In this document: positions 52,136 through 64,000 of the stretch, piece after piece
Numbering within the stretch: position 1 is the stretch's first letter
How the letters are laid out: each line of letters opens with the position of its first letter
NCBI GenBank assembly: GCA_034780895.1
Contig: JAUZTB010000068.1
Location: 21,472,673 to 21,536,672 of the forward strand
Origin: Rhynchobatus australiae
Taxonomy: Eukaryota
Length of the DNA: 64,000 nucleotides
Direction: 5' to 3'
Translations under genes and position numbers: made by a program
The notes under the pieces: generated by a model
Databases searched by the model: none
Told to the model about the DNA's origin: nothing
The model's input: only the letters and a program-made list of their open reading frames with translations

Positions 52136-54504
52136 CTTCACTGAATAAATTCCATGCAGCAATATTTACATGCAAATGGCTGTTCATAGCTCTGAATATG
52201 GAAAAAAAACATTTATTTGGTGTGGGATAAAAGCTATGGAGTTTTTTTTAAAACAAATGATTAAACTGTTTTCCTTTCATTATGTCACGTTTGTGCCCCA
52301 ATTCATCATGTATTTAGGTTGCACGGACTTTCATCCCCACACCTCCCAGTATTACCCTCCAGCTCTTATTGATATTCCCTCATGAGTCTTCGTTTTTGAA
52401 GTATAAAAATGGCTAGAAACAACTCAGGATAATTCTCATTCTGATTTCCTTTTCATTCACTGCGACACCCAACGAGTAATGCTCAAAAACATTACATCCT
52501 CATTTAACTGGTAAAAAGATGGGCTAGTTATGGCAAATGATTTCACTCCATTTCTAAAATTCTTAATCACGAAAATCATAATTTAACTTGGAGTACAGAA
52601 GTATTTCTTCCACATAGGAATATTATATTCCTATACAAAAATAGGAAGGTAAAATCAGAAACTGAAGACAGTAGGAATAGAAAGAGCTAATACCTTCAAT
52701 CGTTTTAAGTAGCACAATATTTTGTAGCGAGTTATTAACTTACAACTACAGTTACAAAAAGTATGAATAATGATAAATTCTAAATTCACATCCATAAGCT
52801 CAAATTTAAACTTTTCCCCATTAAGAGTAGACCCACAAAATTTTAGAGTATTACAAGGCCATCTGGCTCATTATTATACAAATCTAAAGCTCCTTCCAAG
52901 ATCTTTCTTATCCCATTTCACTTGGCTTTAAGTTATTTTTAAATTTTTCCATAATTTGATGACATCATACTGATTCATTTGCATTCACTTTGAATATAAT
53001 GTTGAGTTTTACAAGTTACAAATAATTACAAGTGTAAACCAAACTGAATGACTTGTAACAATCTTTGCAAAATCATGTAATCACTCTGAACATCACATTA
53101 TTACAATTTAAAAGTTAAGTGGAAGTTTTATCAGAGATAGTGATCAATTACTGAACCAATAAAAACTGGTAGTGGTGCTACCATTTTATCAAGACCTTCG
53201 ATACATGGTAGAATGGACTCATTTTGATATAATTACTACAGGTTTGCTAGGAAATATTCCAAATTGAATATTGTGAATTGTTTCTCTGGCATGCCATAAA
53301 ACAGAAATATCTACTGGCAGAGCCTCATTACTGTGACTGAAGTACTTTTAAATTGGATTGATTCAGTGATCTGGTGTTACTCAAATGAGATTCTGCACAG
53401 TAAACTCATTGGGATTAATGATATTTAGATTGTCTATCAAGATAGGATAAATTGTAAATAAAAACAGACTTGGGGTTACCATAACCTAGGAACTTAATAT
53501 TATATTGACCATTTTATATTGGCACAGTGGAGAAGCACCTTGTAACACTAATTTGTTAAAAATAAAGGACAGCATTAAATGTGAATTTGAACTTACTAAA
53601 TTGAAGTTGGGGCTTTATCAGATAACAAAACTCATGTTCCACCTTGACAAAGTTACAAAGCAAACATTTTGATGCTGAAGTTTCCCTTCTGTCACTCAAC
53701 ATTCAGGTCAGGAATTCTTGAGCTCTGAAGATTTACAGTGCAGTGGAAGCTCCCAATGGTTGGAACATTCGCAGATATAAACGAGGTCAGCAGCAAGGGA
53801 TAAATAATCAAATGCATAATCATAAATAATGGTAATATTTCAATTTTGAATCCCCCATGGGGTTCTTGACCATTCCACAAAACATGAGGAAGGACAATGA
53901 TGACTCACTTATGCCTACCAGACACCACCTGAAATACTTACCAATTTCAAACCAAGGTAAGCAGGGGCAGGTGGTAGAGGCTAAGACAGCAATAGAAAGT
54001 CTGTGTCAGAGAGACCCAAGCTCTCCAAAACAAATGCAGATGCTGCACCATAAGGGGTAATGGCAAATAGAATACTGGAGCACAAGCAGAGAATGTGCAA
54101 TGCACCAGCCAAAATCCCAATCACACTGTGCACAATTGGTGGGAAAATGGATTCAAGTATTCCTTAGAAATACTTCCTAAATTGAACTTAGCAACATTCC
54201 CTCAATCAAAATGATGTATTTTCATATCATAATTCTCCAGAATTGTGAAGACTACTAACAGAAGACACTCAATCTCATCTGTACCAAGTGGTAAAAGCCC
54301 TGGTTTCTGTGTTTCCACCCCCCACCCCATAACAGTAACCCAAATACCCATATTTATTTTCAAATCCAAGTTGCAGATATTACCTTTCAGCATTTTTGAC
54401 CTGAATATTTTTGATTTTTTTTTTACAAATATAACAACACCTGCAAGGGAGAGTACTCAAAGGGTGCCATAAAATTAGAGAGCGAGAAGAAAGAAACCCA
54501 ACAA

Positions 54505-54660
54505 ATTACAGATGCTGGAAATCTGAAATAAAACAAAAGTTTCTGGAGCTACTCAGCAGGTCTGATAATATCTGTAAAGAGAAACAACTAACATTTCAGG
54601 CCAATAATCTCTCATCAGAACAATAATTGACCTGAAACAATAACTCCTTCTCCACAGACA
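54505..54660. mobile_element. Penelope-derived inverted element
   Basis: cagatgctggaaatctgaaataaaac...actcagcaggtc. Minus strand 54586-54621 has CTGATGAgagattattggcctGAAAtgtt. Confidence 0.65.
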
Positions 54661-54689
54661 ATGTGCGATATGCAAACAGAATTTAGGAT

Positions 54690-55980
54690 GGGTGACTAAT
54701 CTTAGCCAAAGATAGGTTTTAAGATGAAAGGAGGAGAATAAGATTTAGCATGAGCATTTAATAGCTTAAGCCCTAATTGGCTGTATTCTTTGAATGCTGG
54801 GGCAAATGGAAAGGTCAGAGTTAGAAGAAAAATAGTCGTGGGATGCATTTTCTAAAAGAGAGCAAGGGCAAGGACAAGCACTTGCTTGTCCTTGGGCCTT
54901 TGGCATACAATGCAAAGGGCAAGAGAACAAGGGTATGCCTGCTATAATTTTTGTATACCTCTATCCAGTTACTTCAGCCTCCTTCACTCCAAAGAACACA
55001 AACCAAGCTGATCCAGACTCTCATCACTAAAACACAGGCAAGACACTGGCATATCTTCTCTGCAGCTTCTCCAGTGCAATCACATCCCTCCTGTGTGGTG
55101 AGCAGAACCATATACAGTACTCCAGCTGAAGCCACACCAATGTTTATAAAGACTTAATACAACCTCCATGTCCTTACATTGTGCCCAAACTGAAGGTGGT
55201 CATATTCCTTCTTCAACCACCTTATCTGCACTGCCACCTTCAGGGATCCATGGGCTTGTACACCAAAATCCAACTGTTTCACAATACTCCTTGCAGTTTT
55301 ACCATGATCAAGGACTAGAGAGGGAAGCAGTTGAAGATAGGATTTTAAAAAGGTTATAATTCACTACATTTGGAAGAGAGGGAAATGCTTTATTATTTCA
55401 ACAATGGCCAAGAAGGGAAATCGGGTCACCAGAAGATTCAGGAAAAGGCAGCTGAGCTCAACTGAGTAATACATGATGATGAATGAATTAAACATCACAA
55501 GAAGCAAATGTTAACTATTTATATTCACGTCTGGCCGACTTCAGCTCATAGCAGGAAAACATCCAAACAGGAAAGAACAGGGGCTTTATTGCGGACAAAG
55601 GCCTCAGAAAGGTTGAGGTCAAAGTATAATTGAACAGATGAATAGCTGGCAAATGGAAGGCCAAAGTCTATACAGTTCTGCTAGCTTGTAAGGGTGTGAT
55701 TTAAGGGAGATTATTTTCTAGGCTCAGATGATTAGGTGATTGAGTTTAAAAGAGTAGGCAAGGATAATTTGTAAGTAGGTCAGAGATGACTGTTTACATT
55801 TGGGACACTGAAAATCTGAACTCCAACTCATGGGCTTTCTACAAGTAATAGTGTAGCACAAAAGGAAAATTTGGGGAATGAACACAAAGGATGAAGGGCA
55901 AAATGTGGTCGATGACATGTAATAGAGTACTTGATGCAGAGGTCAAGGAGAAAGACATTGAAGAGATCTCAGCAGGAAAC
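54690..55980 (-). mobile_element. Old L2-like LINE with a nested CR1
   Basis: Reverse L2 3' pattern (gccaaagataggttttaag...ggaggaga) and minus-strand VFLLDL at ~55945 (LLDLSAAF-like). Confidence 0.45.
54935..55300 (-). mobile_element. CR1 ORF2 C-terminal fragment
   Basis: Similar to window bases 20-370: ataatttttgtatacctctat...cagcctccttcactccaaagaa...acagtactccagctg. Confidence 0.75.
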
Positions 55981-57146
55981 TTAAACAGTCTGTGGAGGAG
56001 GCGGATTTTAAATGATTTAGAAAGTTGTACAAAAATAATCTATATAGAATTTGCTTTACCCAACAGTTTATACTTCACTATTTCAATTCAAGTGATCACT
56101 ACAATTTAGTTATTACTCAAAATCATCGTTGACATCAAAGGGCATTGGGAACAGCAGTTAGCATGGTACACTAATAAAATAAACTCTTAAGGCATAATGT
56201 TTGCACATTAGTATTTGAACTGTCAAGAAATACAATGCAAGGAAATCAATGCTGTATTTTGTGTAACTGTATCCTAGGGTATTACAGAATCTCAACAGGT
56301 TTCTGCATGTGCTGCGAAAAAAAAACCCACATAGCTATCATTATAAAGAACTCAAATCACCTTCCTAGACAATCACAAGTTTGACTACAGGGCGTTGGCT
56401 TGGAATAGATCATTGTGCACTCCCACCTTGGGTGTGGTTCAGGTGATCTAATTTCCAAACTTTGTTTTGTTAATCAATCTAAATTCTGAACATAATCCTC
56501 ATTTTCCTGACAGATTAATTCTGCAGCCTTCAACACACAGTTCTGCAACAAGCCACTATACGATTCACAGGGTGGCAATAAATAACTGAAGTACCTTTCA
56601 CCCTGTTAAATATCCACTTACCATTAACCATATTCACATGCAAATTCCTTAAAAGAATACAAGAAATATCAAATCATCTTTCCATCTCATTTTTACTAGT
56701 GGACTGTCTAAATGAGTAATTATGGTGTCCAGATAATTTACCATGTAATGTATGGACCATGTACTCTTTATATAATAAAACTACTGGTATAATGAAATCT
56801 CACATCAGAAATGCATGGGAATTTCAGAGGATTATATATGGCAGTGAAAAAAACAACAAATTTAAACTTGGAATTACAAGTCTGTCAGACTGGTCCTTAA
56901 TGTAATTTAGCATTCACCAATATTTGATATTTTGGATATTTTATTTCTGAGCACAACCACTGTTTTACACTTTCCCATGCAACTGGATTAAAAGCACTGC
57001 CAAACTGTCAATCAAATTTATGACATAGAATGTGTCATCTTTAATATCCTTTAAACTGTAAATAGGGGTAGCTATTCCTGAACTAATACTTCAAAAAAAA
57101 TACATTTTCCCTATTCTTAGACTTATTACTCTGTGGTGACATTATA

Positions 57147-57440
57147 CAGGTCATTCCCAGGTTACAAACGTCTGGCATGGACATCCCTATGTATGAACGA
57201 GCTCACATAATATTTCTGAATTCAAAAGTCTAATGTACATCCATGTGTTTATTCCTACAAACAGCATAACTAGTTTCTCCCCTCTCTATTTTCATCATTG
57301 TTCTTTCTTTTCAGGCTCATGTACTTTTGATGCCATTCATTACAATACCATGGAGGCATTGTTACCATAGAGTGATTTTTGTGCATCTTCTGACTTGTGG
57401 ACACAATCGACTTAATGAACTTTTGTAAAAAGGGAACCTG
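57147..57440. mobile_element. Tigger/pogo-like (Tc1-mariner) non-autonomous DNA transposon
   Basis: Begins TA|CAGGtcattcccaggttacaaac and ends cgacttaatgaac...tgtaaaaagggaaCCTG: degenerate TIRs, TA on the left flank, non-coding interior. Confidence 0.55.
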
Positions 57441-58063
57441 TTACCCAGCTATGGTTTCCAAACCTTTTCCTTAGACCTAATAAAGCCTTGAACTTCTCTC
57501 ATTAGCCACAACTAGACCACTTTTCCTGTTGTGTTATTATGCCTTTAAAAATGGATATATATTCATCATGGACCATGTATTCTTTGTTAAAAGCTATTAC
57601 TTTATTGCCATAACCTCTGTGAAGATAGACATTGAGGAAAAAGGCATTTGAAGATCAAGACCATGGTCTATCAGGCAACAATTATCCCTGCGTCACATGC
57701 TTTTGAGACCAGAACTATCTGCAGCAGATGTCAGCGCAATGATAAAAAAATACAACCAATGTTGTCTCTGCAAAATCCTACAATGGAATGTGGACTTGGA
57801 GAGTAAAGGGCAATTTCATTTTTAAGCATCAATTTGTTTCACTGGAATTTACTGTTGGATATTCTTAAATCTTGTGGTTTTCATTTGTAATGGTAAATAA
57901 AGAGCCTGCAGCCTGCCAGTCTCCCAGGTACCTGAAAGAATCCCAAGGCCCTGGTTTCACTCTGTCAGCTACTTTAAGCTGGCCACGTAACTTACGTGAC
58001 TGTAATTCCAGTCCGAAATCTTTTGTGGGAAGACAGAAATGATGCACAAAAGAAAACATTCAA

Positions 58064-59094
58064 AAGGATAGGCAGCAACATTTCCAGCACGATTATTCTC
58101 AACACTGATGCCCCACAAGGCTGTGTCCTCAGCCCCTTACTCTGCTCCCTATACACTCATGAATGCGTGGCCAGATTCTGCTCCAACACCATCTAAATGT
58201 TTGCAGATGATACCACCAGAGTGGGTTGTATATCAAATAACAATGAGTCAGAGTACAGGAAGGAGACAGAGCTTAGTGACAAAGTGTCATGACAACAACC
58301 TTTCCCTCAATGTCAGCAAAACAAAAGGAGCTGACCATCGACTTCAGAAAGAGGGTTGGTACACTCACAGCTGTCTCCATCAACAGTGCTGAGGTCGAGA
58401 GGGTTGACAGCTTCAGGTTCCTAGGAGTGAACATCACCAATAACCTGTCCTGGTCCAACTACATCAATGCCACGGCCAAGAAAGCTCACCAGCACCTCTA
58501 CCTCCTCAAGAGGCTAAAGTTTGGCATGTCCCCCTTGACACTCATCAACATTTGTCAATACACCATGGAAAGCATCCTATTTGGATGCATCATGGCTTGG
58601 TACAGCAACTGCTCATCCCAGGACTGCAAGAAACTGTAGAGAGTTGTGGACACAGCTCAGCACATTACAGAAACTAATCTCCCCCCCATGGACTCTGATT
58701 ATGCTGGCTGCTTCACCGAGGCAGCAAAAAGTATAGACAAAGACCCCACCCAGGATATTCTCTCTTCTCCCCTCTCCTATCAGGCAGAAGGTACAAAAGA
58801 CTGAAGGCACATACCACCAGGTTCAAGGACAGCTTCTATCCCACTGTTATAAGACTATGGAACAGTTCCCTGATATAAAATGGAATCTTGACCTCACAAT
58901 CTACCTCGTTATGAACTTGCACCTTATTGTCTACCTGCACTGCACTCTCTGTAGCTGTGACACTTTACACAGTGCATCGAGGTAGTACAAGGTAAAACAA
59001 TACAGATTGCAGAGTAATGAATTGATCTGTATGAATGGTAAACAAGACAAGTTTTTCATTATACCTTGGTACAAGTGACAATAATAAACTAATT
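58064..59094 (+). mobile_element. Rex1/Babar-clade LINE, 5'-truncated, relatively well preserved
   Basis: LNTDAPQGCVLSPLLCSLYTHEC, MFADDTT, LSLNVSKTK, ELTIDFRK, VERVDSFRFLGVNITNNLSWS, ESILFGCIMAWY; few frameshifts; tail gtgacaataataaac. Confidence 0.9.
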
Positions 59095-59354
59095 CTGAGA
59101 TGTACTCCAAGCCTCTGAAGAAATCATCAGAACCATCCCAAATGACTGATGGGAACCTCTGACCCACAAATGCTCAAAGTGGAGCAGCAGCATTGAGGAT
59201 AGTATTAGGAGTACTGGAAGCACACAGATGTCCTACATAAAAGGGCAGGAGGTGCACACCACCTCAAACTACCAACCAACTACCTCATTGGCCACTGTCT
59301 ACCCCTGTGAGAACGAGAGAGTTTTCCCACAGAAGCCATAAACCCAAATGAAAG

Positions 59355-59490
59355 TCAGATTCAGAATCAGGTTTATTATCACTGACATGTGTCATGAAAT
59401 TTGTCACTTTGTGGCAGCAGTACAGGGTAAAAGATACAGAATTACTACAAATTACAATAATAAACAGAGCAAAGGGAATAATGAGTGATC
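59355..59490 (-). mobile_element. 3' tail of a second Rex/Babar-type family
   Basis: tcagattcagaatcaggtttattatcactgac...tttgtggcagcagtacag: AATAAA plus short tandem tail on the minus strand. Confidence 0.55.
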
Positions 59491-59589
59491 CAGAGGGACT
59501 GCCCAAAAAGAATTTACATACCTTATTATTTGGTTTCTCAATCTATTGAGACTAACTTGGGCCTCAATTCAAGACCCTGTTTCAGGCAG

Positions 59590-59840
59590 AATCTTATCTA
59601 AAGATTGAAGGTAATTTCATTCTATCATATTATGACCGCACTTCCCCCAAAAGGTTCCAAACTATCAGATTATTAATCTTTTGGCATTACACAACACAAG
59701 ATCTACAACAGCCTGTTCCTTATTTGGTTCTTCAACATACTTATCTAGAAAATATCTCTTAAACACTCCAATAATTCATCCTCTGCATTATGTTATTGTG
59801 AACTTGATTTGTCTTGCTAATATGTAGATTAAAATCTGAC
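59590..59840 (-). mobile_element. CR1 APE-endonuclease fragment
   Basis: Minus strand reads DFNLHI and FLDKYVEEPNKEQAVVDLVLCN. Confidence 0.7.
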
Positions 59841-60329
59841 ATGGGAGCAAATTAGCTTGCCAAATTCCATACTCTAAAGACACTGCATGCTGTGCTAAAA
59901 CACAAAAACGTAATATTCTCAGGTACACATCAAGTCAGCTGACTTTAATTAACCAGACTTACTTGGTTAATTAACTATCTGGGAGACTGGCAGGCTAGAG
60001 GCTCTTATTTACCACCAGAATGAAAACCGCAAGATTAAGAAAATCTAACAGTAAATCAAACAAAACAAATTGATGCTTAAAAGTTACTCACTAAGCCTGC
60101 ACTAAATAAACAGTGCGCTCAGCAGTTCTCTGAAATGTCCAAGTAAAACTGACGAGCATATTCGTAGACAAATGTCTGACAACTGCAAAAACAAAATCAG
60201 GTGATTTTGTAGGGGAAAATGAAACTGCTGCCTTCAAGTTATTTTAACTCATCCTAATCACAGAAGTTCCCTTTGTTCTGCACATCTCTTCCCTCACCTC
60301 TCCAACTGAAGTCCAACTTGCATCTCTTT

Positions 60330-60440
60330 CCCAGTTCTAACAAATGGTTACAGACTTGAAACATTGACCATTTCTCTGTCCACAGATGCTGTGTACCCGC
60401 TGAGTCTCTTTTCTCCAGCATTTTCTGTTTGTATTTCAGT
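60330..60440 (+). mobile_element. Penelope-derived terminal fragment
   Basis: gacttgaaacattgacc...ccacagatgctg...cccgctgagt...tccagcattttctgttt. Confidence 0.6.
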
Positions 60441-60449
60441 TACAGCAGA

Positions 60450-62255
60450 GGGACTTTCATTGACTGTACCCAGTTAATAATTGGGTAGAGTACAGAATTC
60501 CTAAACTGCATTGAAGAGAGCCCTTTTAGCCAGTATGTACTATGCCCAATAAGGGGTCTGGGGATATTAGACTTAGCTTTAGGGAATGAGCCAAGCAACT
60601 GGAAGGATTAATCAGTGGGAACAACATTTCTGAGGTCGTTAACATAATTCAGTTAGATTTAAAATAGTTATGGAGAAGAACAAAAGATAAAACAGGCATA
60701 AAAGTTCTAGCAGGACCAATTTTACTAGGCTGAGAAGTGATTTACCAAAACTGGATTAGAAGCAGCTTCTTGATTGCAAATCCAATCTCAAGAGCAATGG
60801 GAGGCACTGAAGGACAAGACTGCTAAAGGTAGAGCCCCCATAAATGATAACCTCCACCGAGATTAGGAAAAGGCAAAATAGATATCGAGGAGTGCGGCCA
60901 AAAGGATTGGAGGACTGCTAATGTTATGCTGTTGTTTAAAAGGAGAGAAAGAATAAACCAAATAATTGTACACCAGTAAATTTGATTTCAGTAATGGGCA
61001 GATTACTGGAATCATTTGAGGTATAGTGTAAAATTTCAATTAATCTGCGCCTTCTAAATAAGGTTGGTTTGGATTTGTCACAGGTCACATGTGAATAACT
61101 GGAAAATTTTTTGACAAGGGCTGATGGGGATCATCCATTTGGCATCGATTTAAGCAGGTCTCTTAAGAAGGTTCTGCCAGAAGGCTAGTGAGAAAAAGGT
61201 AAAGGTGAATAGAAGCCAAAAGGAGAGTGACAAATTAAAAATTCATCTAAAAAGGAAGTCATGGGGAATGATTGATGGATGCTTTTGTGACTGCCAGGGT
61301 CATTACCAGCGGGGTTCCACAATGCTCAGTCCCTAGCTTAATACTGCATGTACTAATGACTTAGATTTAAAAAGGCAGGGGGCATGATAAAATAGTTCAC
61401 TGCTGATACAACAATTGGTTCTGGTTGACAAGGAGAATATAGATGGTTTGGTTAGCTCAGCAGAAGGGCAACAAATGGAATTTAATCCAGAGAAGTGCAG
61501 TGTAAAATATTTGCAGAGCAGCAACAAGGCAAGGGAATATACAATAAATGGCTAAATACTGAGAATTGTGGGAGGAACACAAAAACTGTTCCCACAAAAA
61601 GTGGGAGGAACACAAAAAAAAGGGAACATAAAAAAAAATACAATTTAAAAAAAAATAAAGCTTTTTTTAAAAAAATGCCAGGAAGCACTGAACATAAGAG
61701 CAGGGAGGTTGTGTTAAGGCTGAACACAATGCTTTTTAGGCTACGGCTCACGTATGTATAACCATCCAGGTTGATGCAATAGAGGAAAGATCGAATTGCA
61801 CTGTCGAATGAGCAGAGCAGATTTACAAGGATGTTGCCAGGACTGGAGAAATTTAGCTTTGGGGATTAAGAGCCATCTTCTGGACATTTTTTTTATAAAT
61901 GCACATGGCATTCCAGTTAACTGCATCAATAGAGAAAATTGAAAAGGTCAATTTCCTGTGTCAAAAACCCAGGGCATAGATTTAAACTAATTGGTACAAA
62001 GATCAGAGGATTTCCTTTTTCCATCCAGGGCTTGATAAGTGTCTGGATGTCACCATCTAAAAGAGCTAGCAGAGATAGAAATCTTCACTATTTTTAAAGA
62101 ACAAATCAGGCACTTTTTTTTTAAAAAGTACTATGACCAGCAGGGCAAGAGATTTAGAAGGCAAGAGATTCTAGAAGGTTGGATCACTCTTTGCTGACCA
62201 GCATTGATACTTTGCACAGAATAGCCTCCTTGTACATTGCAATTTTCTGATTCTT
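60450..62255 (+). mobile_element. Decayed CR1 LINE (endonuclease end, RT, 3' tail) with internal deletions
   Basis: ILDLALGNEP (~60570), DWRTANVMLLFK (~60910), ggggttccaca (GVPQ), QMEFNPEKC (~61480), aggatgttgccaggactgg, and a tail ending gaatagcctccttgt. Confidence 0.8.
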
Positions 62256-64000
62256 AAATTCTCTGATGAGGGACATTACCAAATGTCACCTGGAGCCAAC
62301 ACAAATAATATCCATTTTCTTGTCCACCATTTTTGCTCATCAGTCATGATTTACTCTAACAAATTTTTGCTGGATCTCCCTGCTGTGAAAATGTTGTGTT
62401 ATTTTATCCTGTAGTTGTTAGTAATTTATGGTGGAGTTAAATGACAGGAGGTGGGATTGACTGGGGAATACCCAAAGATCATGGAGACAAATGTGCAGAA
62501 TCTGCCATGTATGATATCTTAAGGTACTAAGTGGACTGGCTGGAGCAGGATCCCAGCAATAGGAAGAATGCCAAGGTCTGGGGAAAGTTCTGAAGAGTCA
62601 GGAAACACTGGGGATGAATAAAAGGCAGAGGAAGGGAAAATAAAAACATTTCTGTAACTGAGAGAAGTAGAGCACACATTGCTCTTCCTCTCCATAGACT
62701 CTGCCCAACCTCCAGCATTTTTATTTCACATTTCCAGCATCTGGAGTTTGTTTTGCTTCTCAACAGCATTTGGCAATGTGCCTAGGTCCCAGACTCACAG
62801 AATAGTATAGGGGGTTTGCAAGTAGTACTTGCAATTACTTTGAAAGAGGGTTTCCATCAAATGGCAAAGTATTGACAAGGCTGTCATCAGCTCACCTCCC
62901 CTAGTATGGGACCTGTCATGAAATACATTCTGCAGGTTCATTCCTATATGAAAATAAATTAGAATTCAATAAATCAGTATCTGCCAATGTGCTTGGAGCT
63001 ATTAGTAAGAACACCCTACTCTTCGTGGACAATGCAGAAAATCATCCAGTTAAAACAGTGGGATGAATAGAGCCACTGGCTTCCTCTTCAGTCAGTTAAC
63101 TATTAAACAAGAATGAACATTAAACACAAAAATAGGTTAAAGATCTGGGCTACATCACCTCTTTAATAATCGAAAACAGCTTGAAGGTAAGATTGATTCT
63201 GATGCTCCTAGCCATGAGGTTCATTCCCATCACCTGTAATCTGTTTGTGCAGACAGTGTCATCAAAACAGGCAGTCAAACATCTAAGAACATCAATGGAA
63301 GGTCCACTTTGTAAATTTGCATGATCAGCTGTGCTGTGGGACGCGACAACAACCCTCACTGTGGACAATCACCATCAGCTCAAAACCTTCCTCAGCTGGA
63401 GGCAAGCATTCTAAAAATTAGCCTGGGCACATTACATATGATCAAGCACATTTAACAGGGCTGCTCTATCATAGCTGAGAGAGAATCGATCAATTGATCG
63501 AGATTGTACCCATCTTGAAACTAGTGTTTCCTGACAATAATGTAAAGAAGTTAACTGGAAAGAGCCATGACCTATATTAAGTGCATGGATTGTAGAGGAG
63601 TTTATTATAGAGCAGTATGTTCTATCCACAGGCACCAGATAGTCACATAGATCAGGAAGACTGGAGTGGAATATATCACATGTCTCCTTGGACAATTCTG
63701 AAGAATAGGAGACACAAAAAGCCTACAAATTCTCGATAATTCTTTCACATTACTTCAAAAGGGGAAGCTGCAAGCTGGAGATGAGGTGCATTTCCTAACT
63801 TATATCCTTAATGCAGCACATCCCTAAAGCTCAGGCACTGCTTGCATGACTTCTGATTACCATTCATTATCCATCGAGGGAGAAGGCTGTGGTTCTGCTG
63901 TATTGACATAACTGTACATCATGAACTTGAATTTCCATGCAGCTCTGAAGTTGTGGGAGGAGGAAGTTCTATTGTTAATGCTTTAGGGAGATTAGATAAA

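Noticed and set aside
63135-63192. Plus-strand consensus donor GAAG|gtaaga
   Set aside because: No convincing upstream acceptor, and the frame (VKDLGYITSLIIENSLK) does not match SRBD1.
63486-63501. Perfect 16-bp palindrome tcgatcaattgatcga
   Set aside because: About one such palindrome is expected by chance in ~60 kb (roughly 60000/4^8).
1-64000. CRISPR arrays, operons, rRNA or intact tRNA genes
   Set aside because: None seen. The sequence is eukaryotic intron-like DNA and the tRNA-like pieces are decayed SINE heads.

Overview
AT-rich, CpG-poor vertebrate genomic DNA from a gapped draft scaffold (15 N-runs). The repeat content (V-SINE/HE1-like, Deu-SINE-like, Penelope, CR1, Rex1/Babar) suggests a cartilaginous fish; this is inference. 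Only one host coding exon is recognisable: a 92-nt internal exon of SRBD1 (Tex-like S1 RNA-binding protein) at 4178-4269 (+). The rest is intron-like sequence filled with decayed CR1, L2, RTE, Rex1/Babar and Penelope-like retroelements, SINEs, a Gypsy pol fossil and a Tigger-like MITE. Main points for a second look: (1) the SRBD1 exon lies in a ~1.1-kb island whose strand skew is opposite to the rest of the window; (2) many Penelope-derived copies carry decayed minimal hammerhead-ribozyme motifs, some as long hairpins; (3) a candidate minus-strand transmembrane exon sits in a CpG cluster; (4) a recent 138-bp duplication lies inside an old Gypsy element; (5) a possible GIN/Ginger integrase fossil. 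All repeat families were recognised by eye from recalled motifs, so boundaries are approximate. No clearly new biological system could be established from sequence alone.
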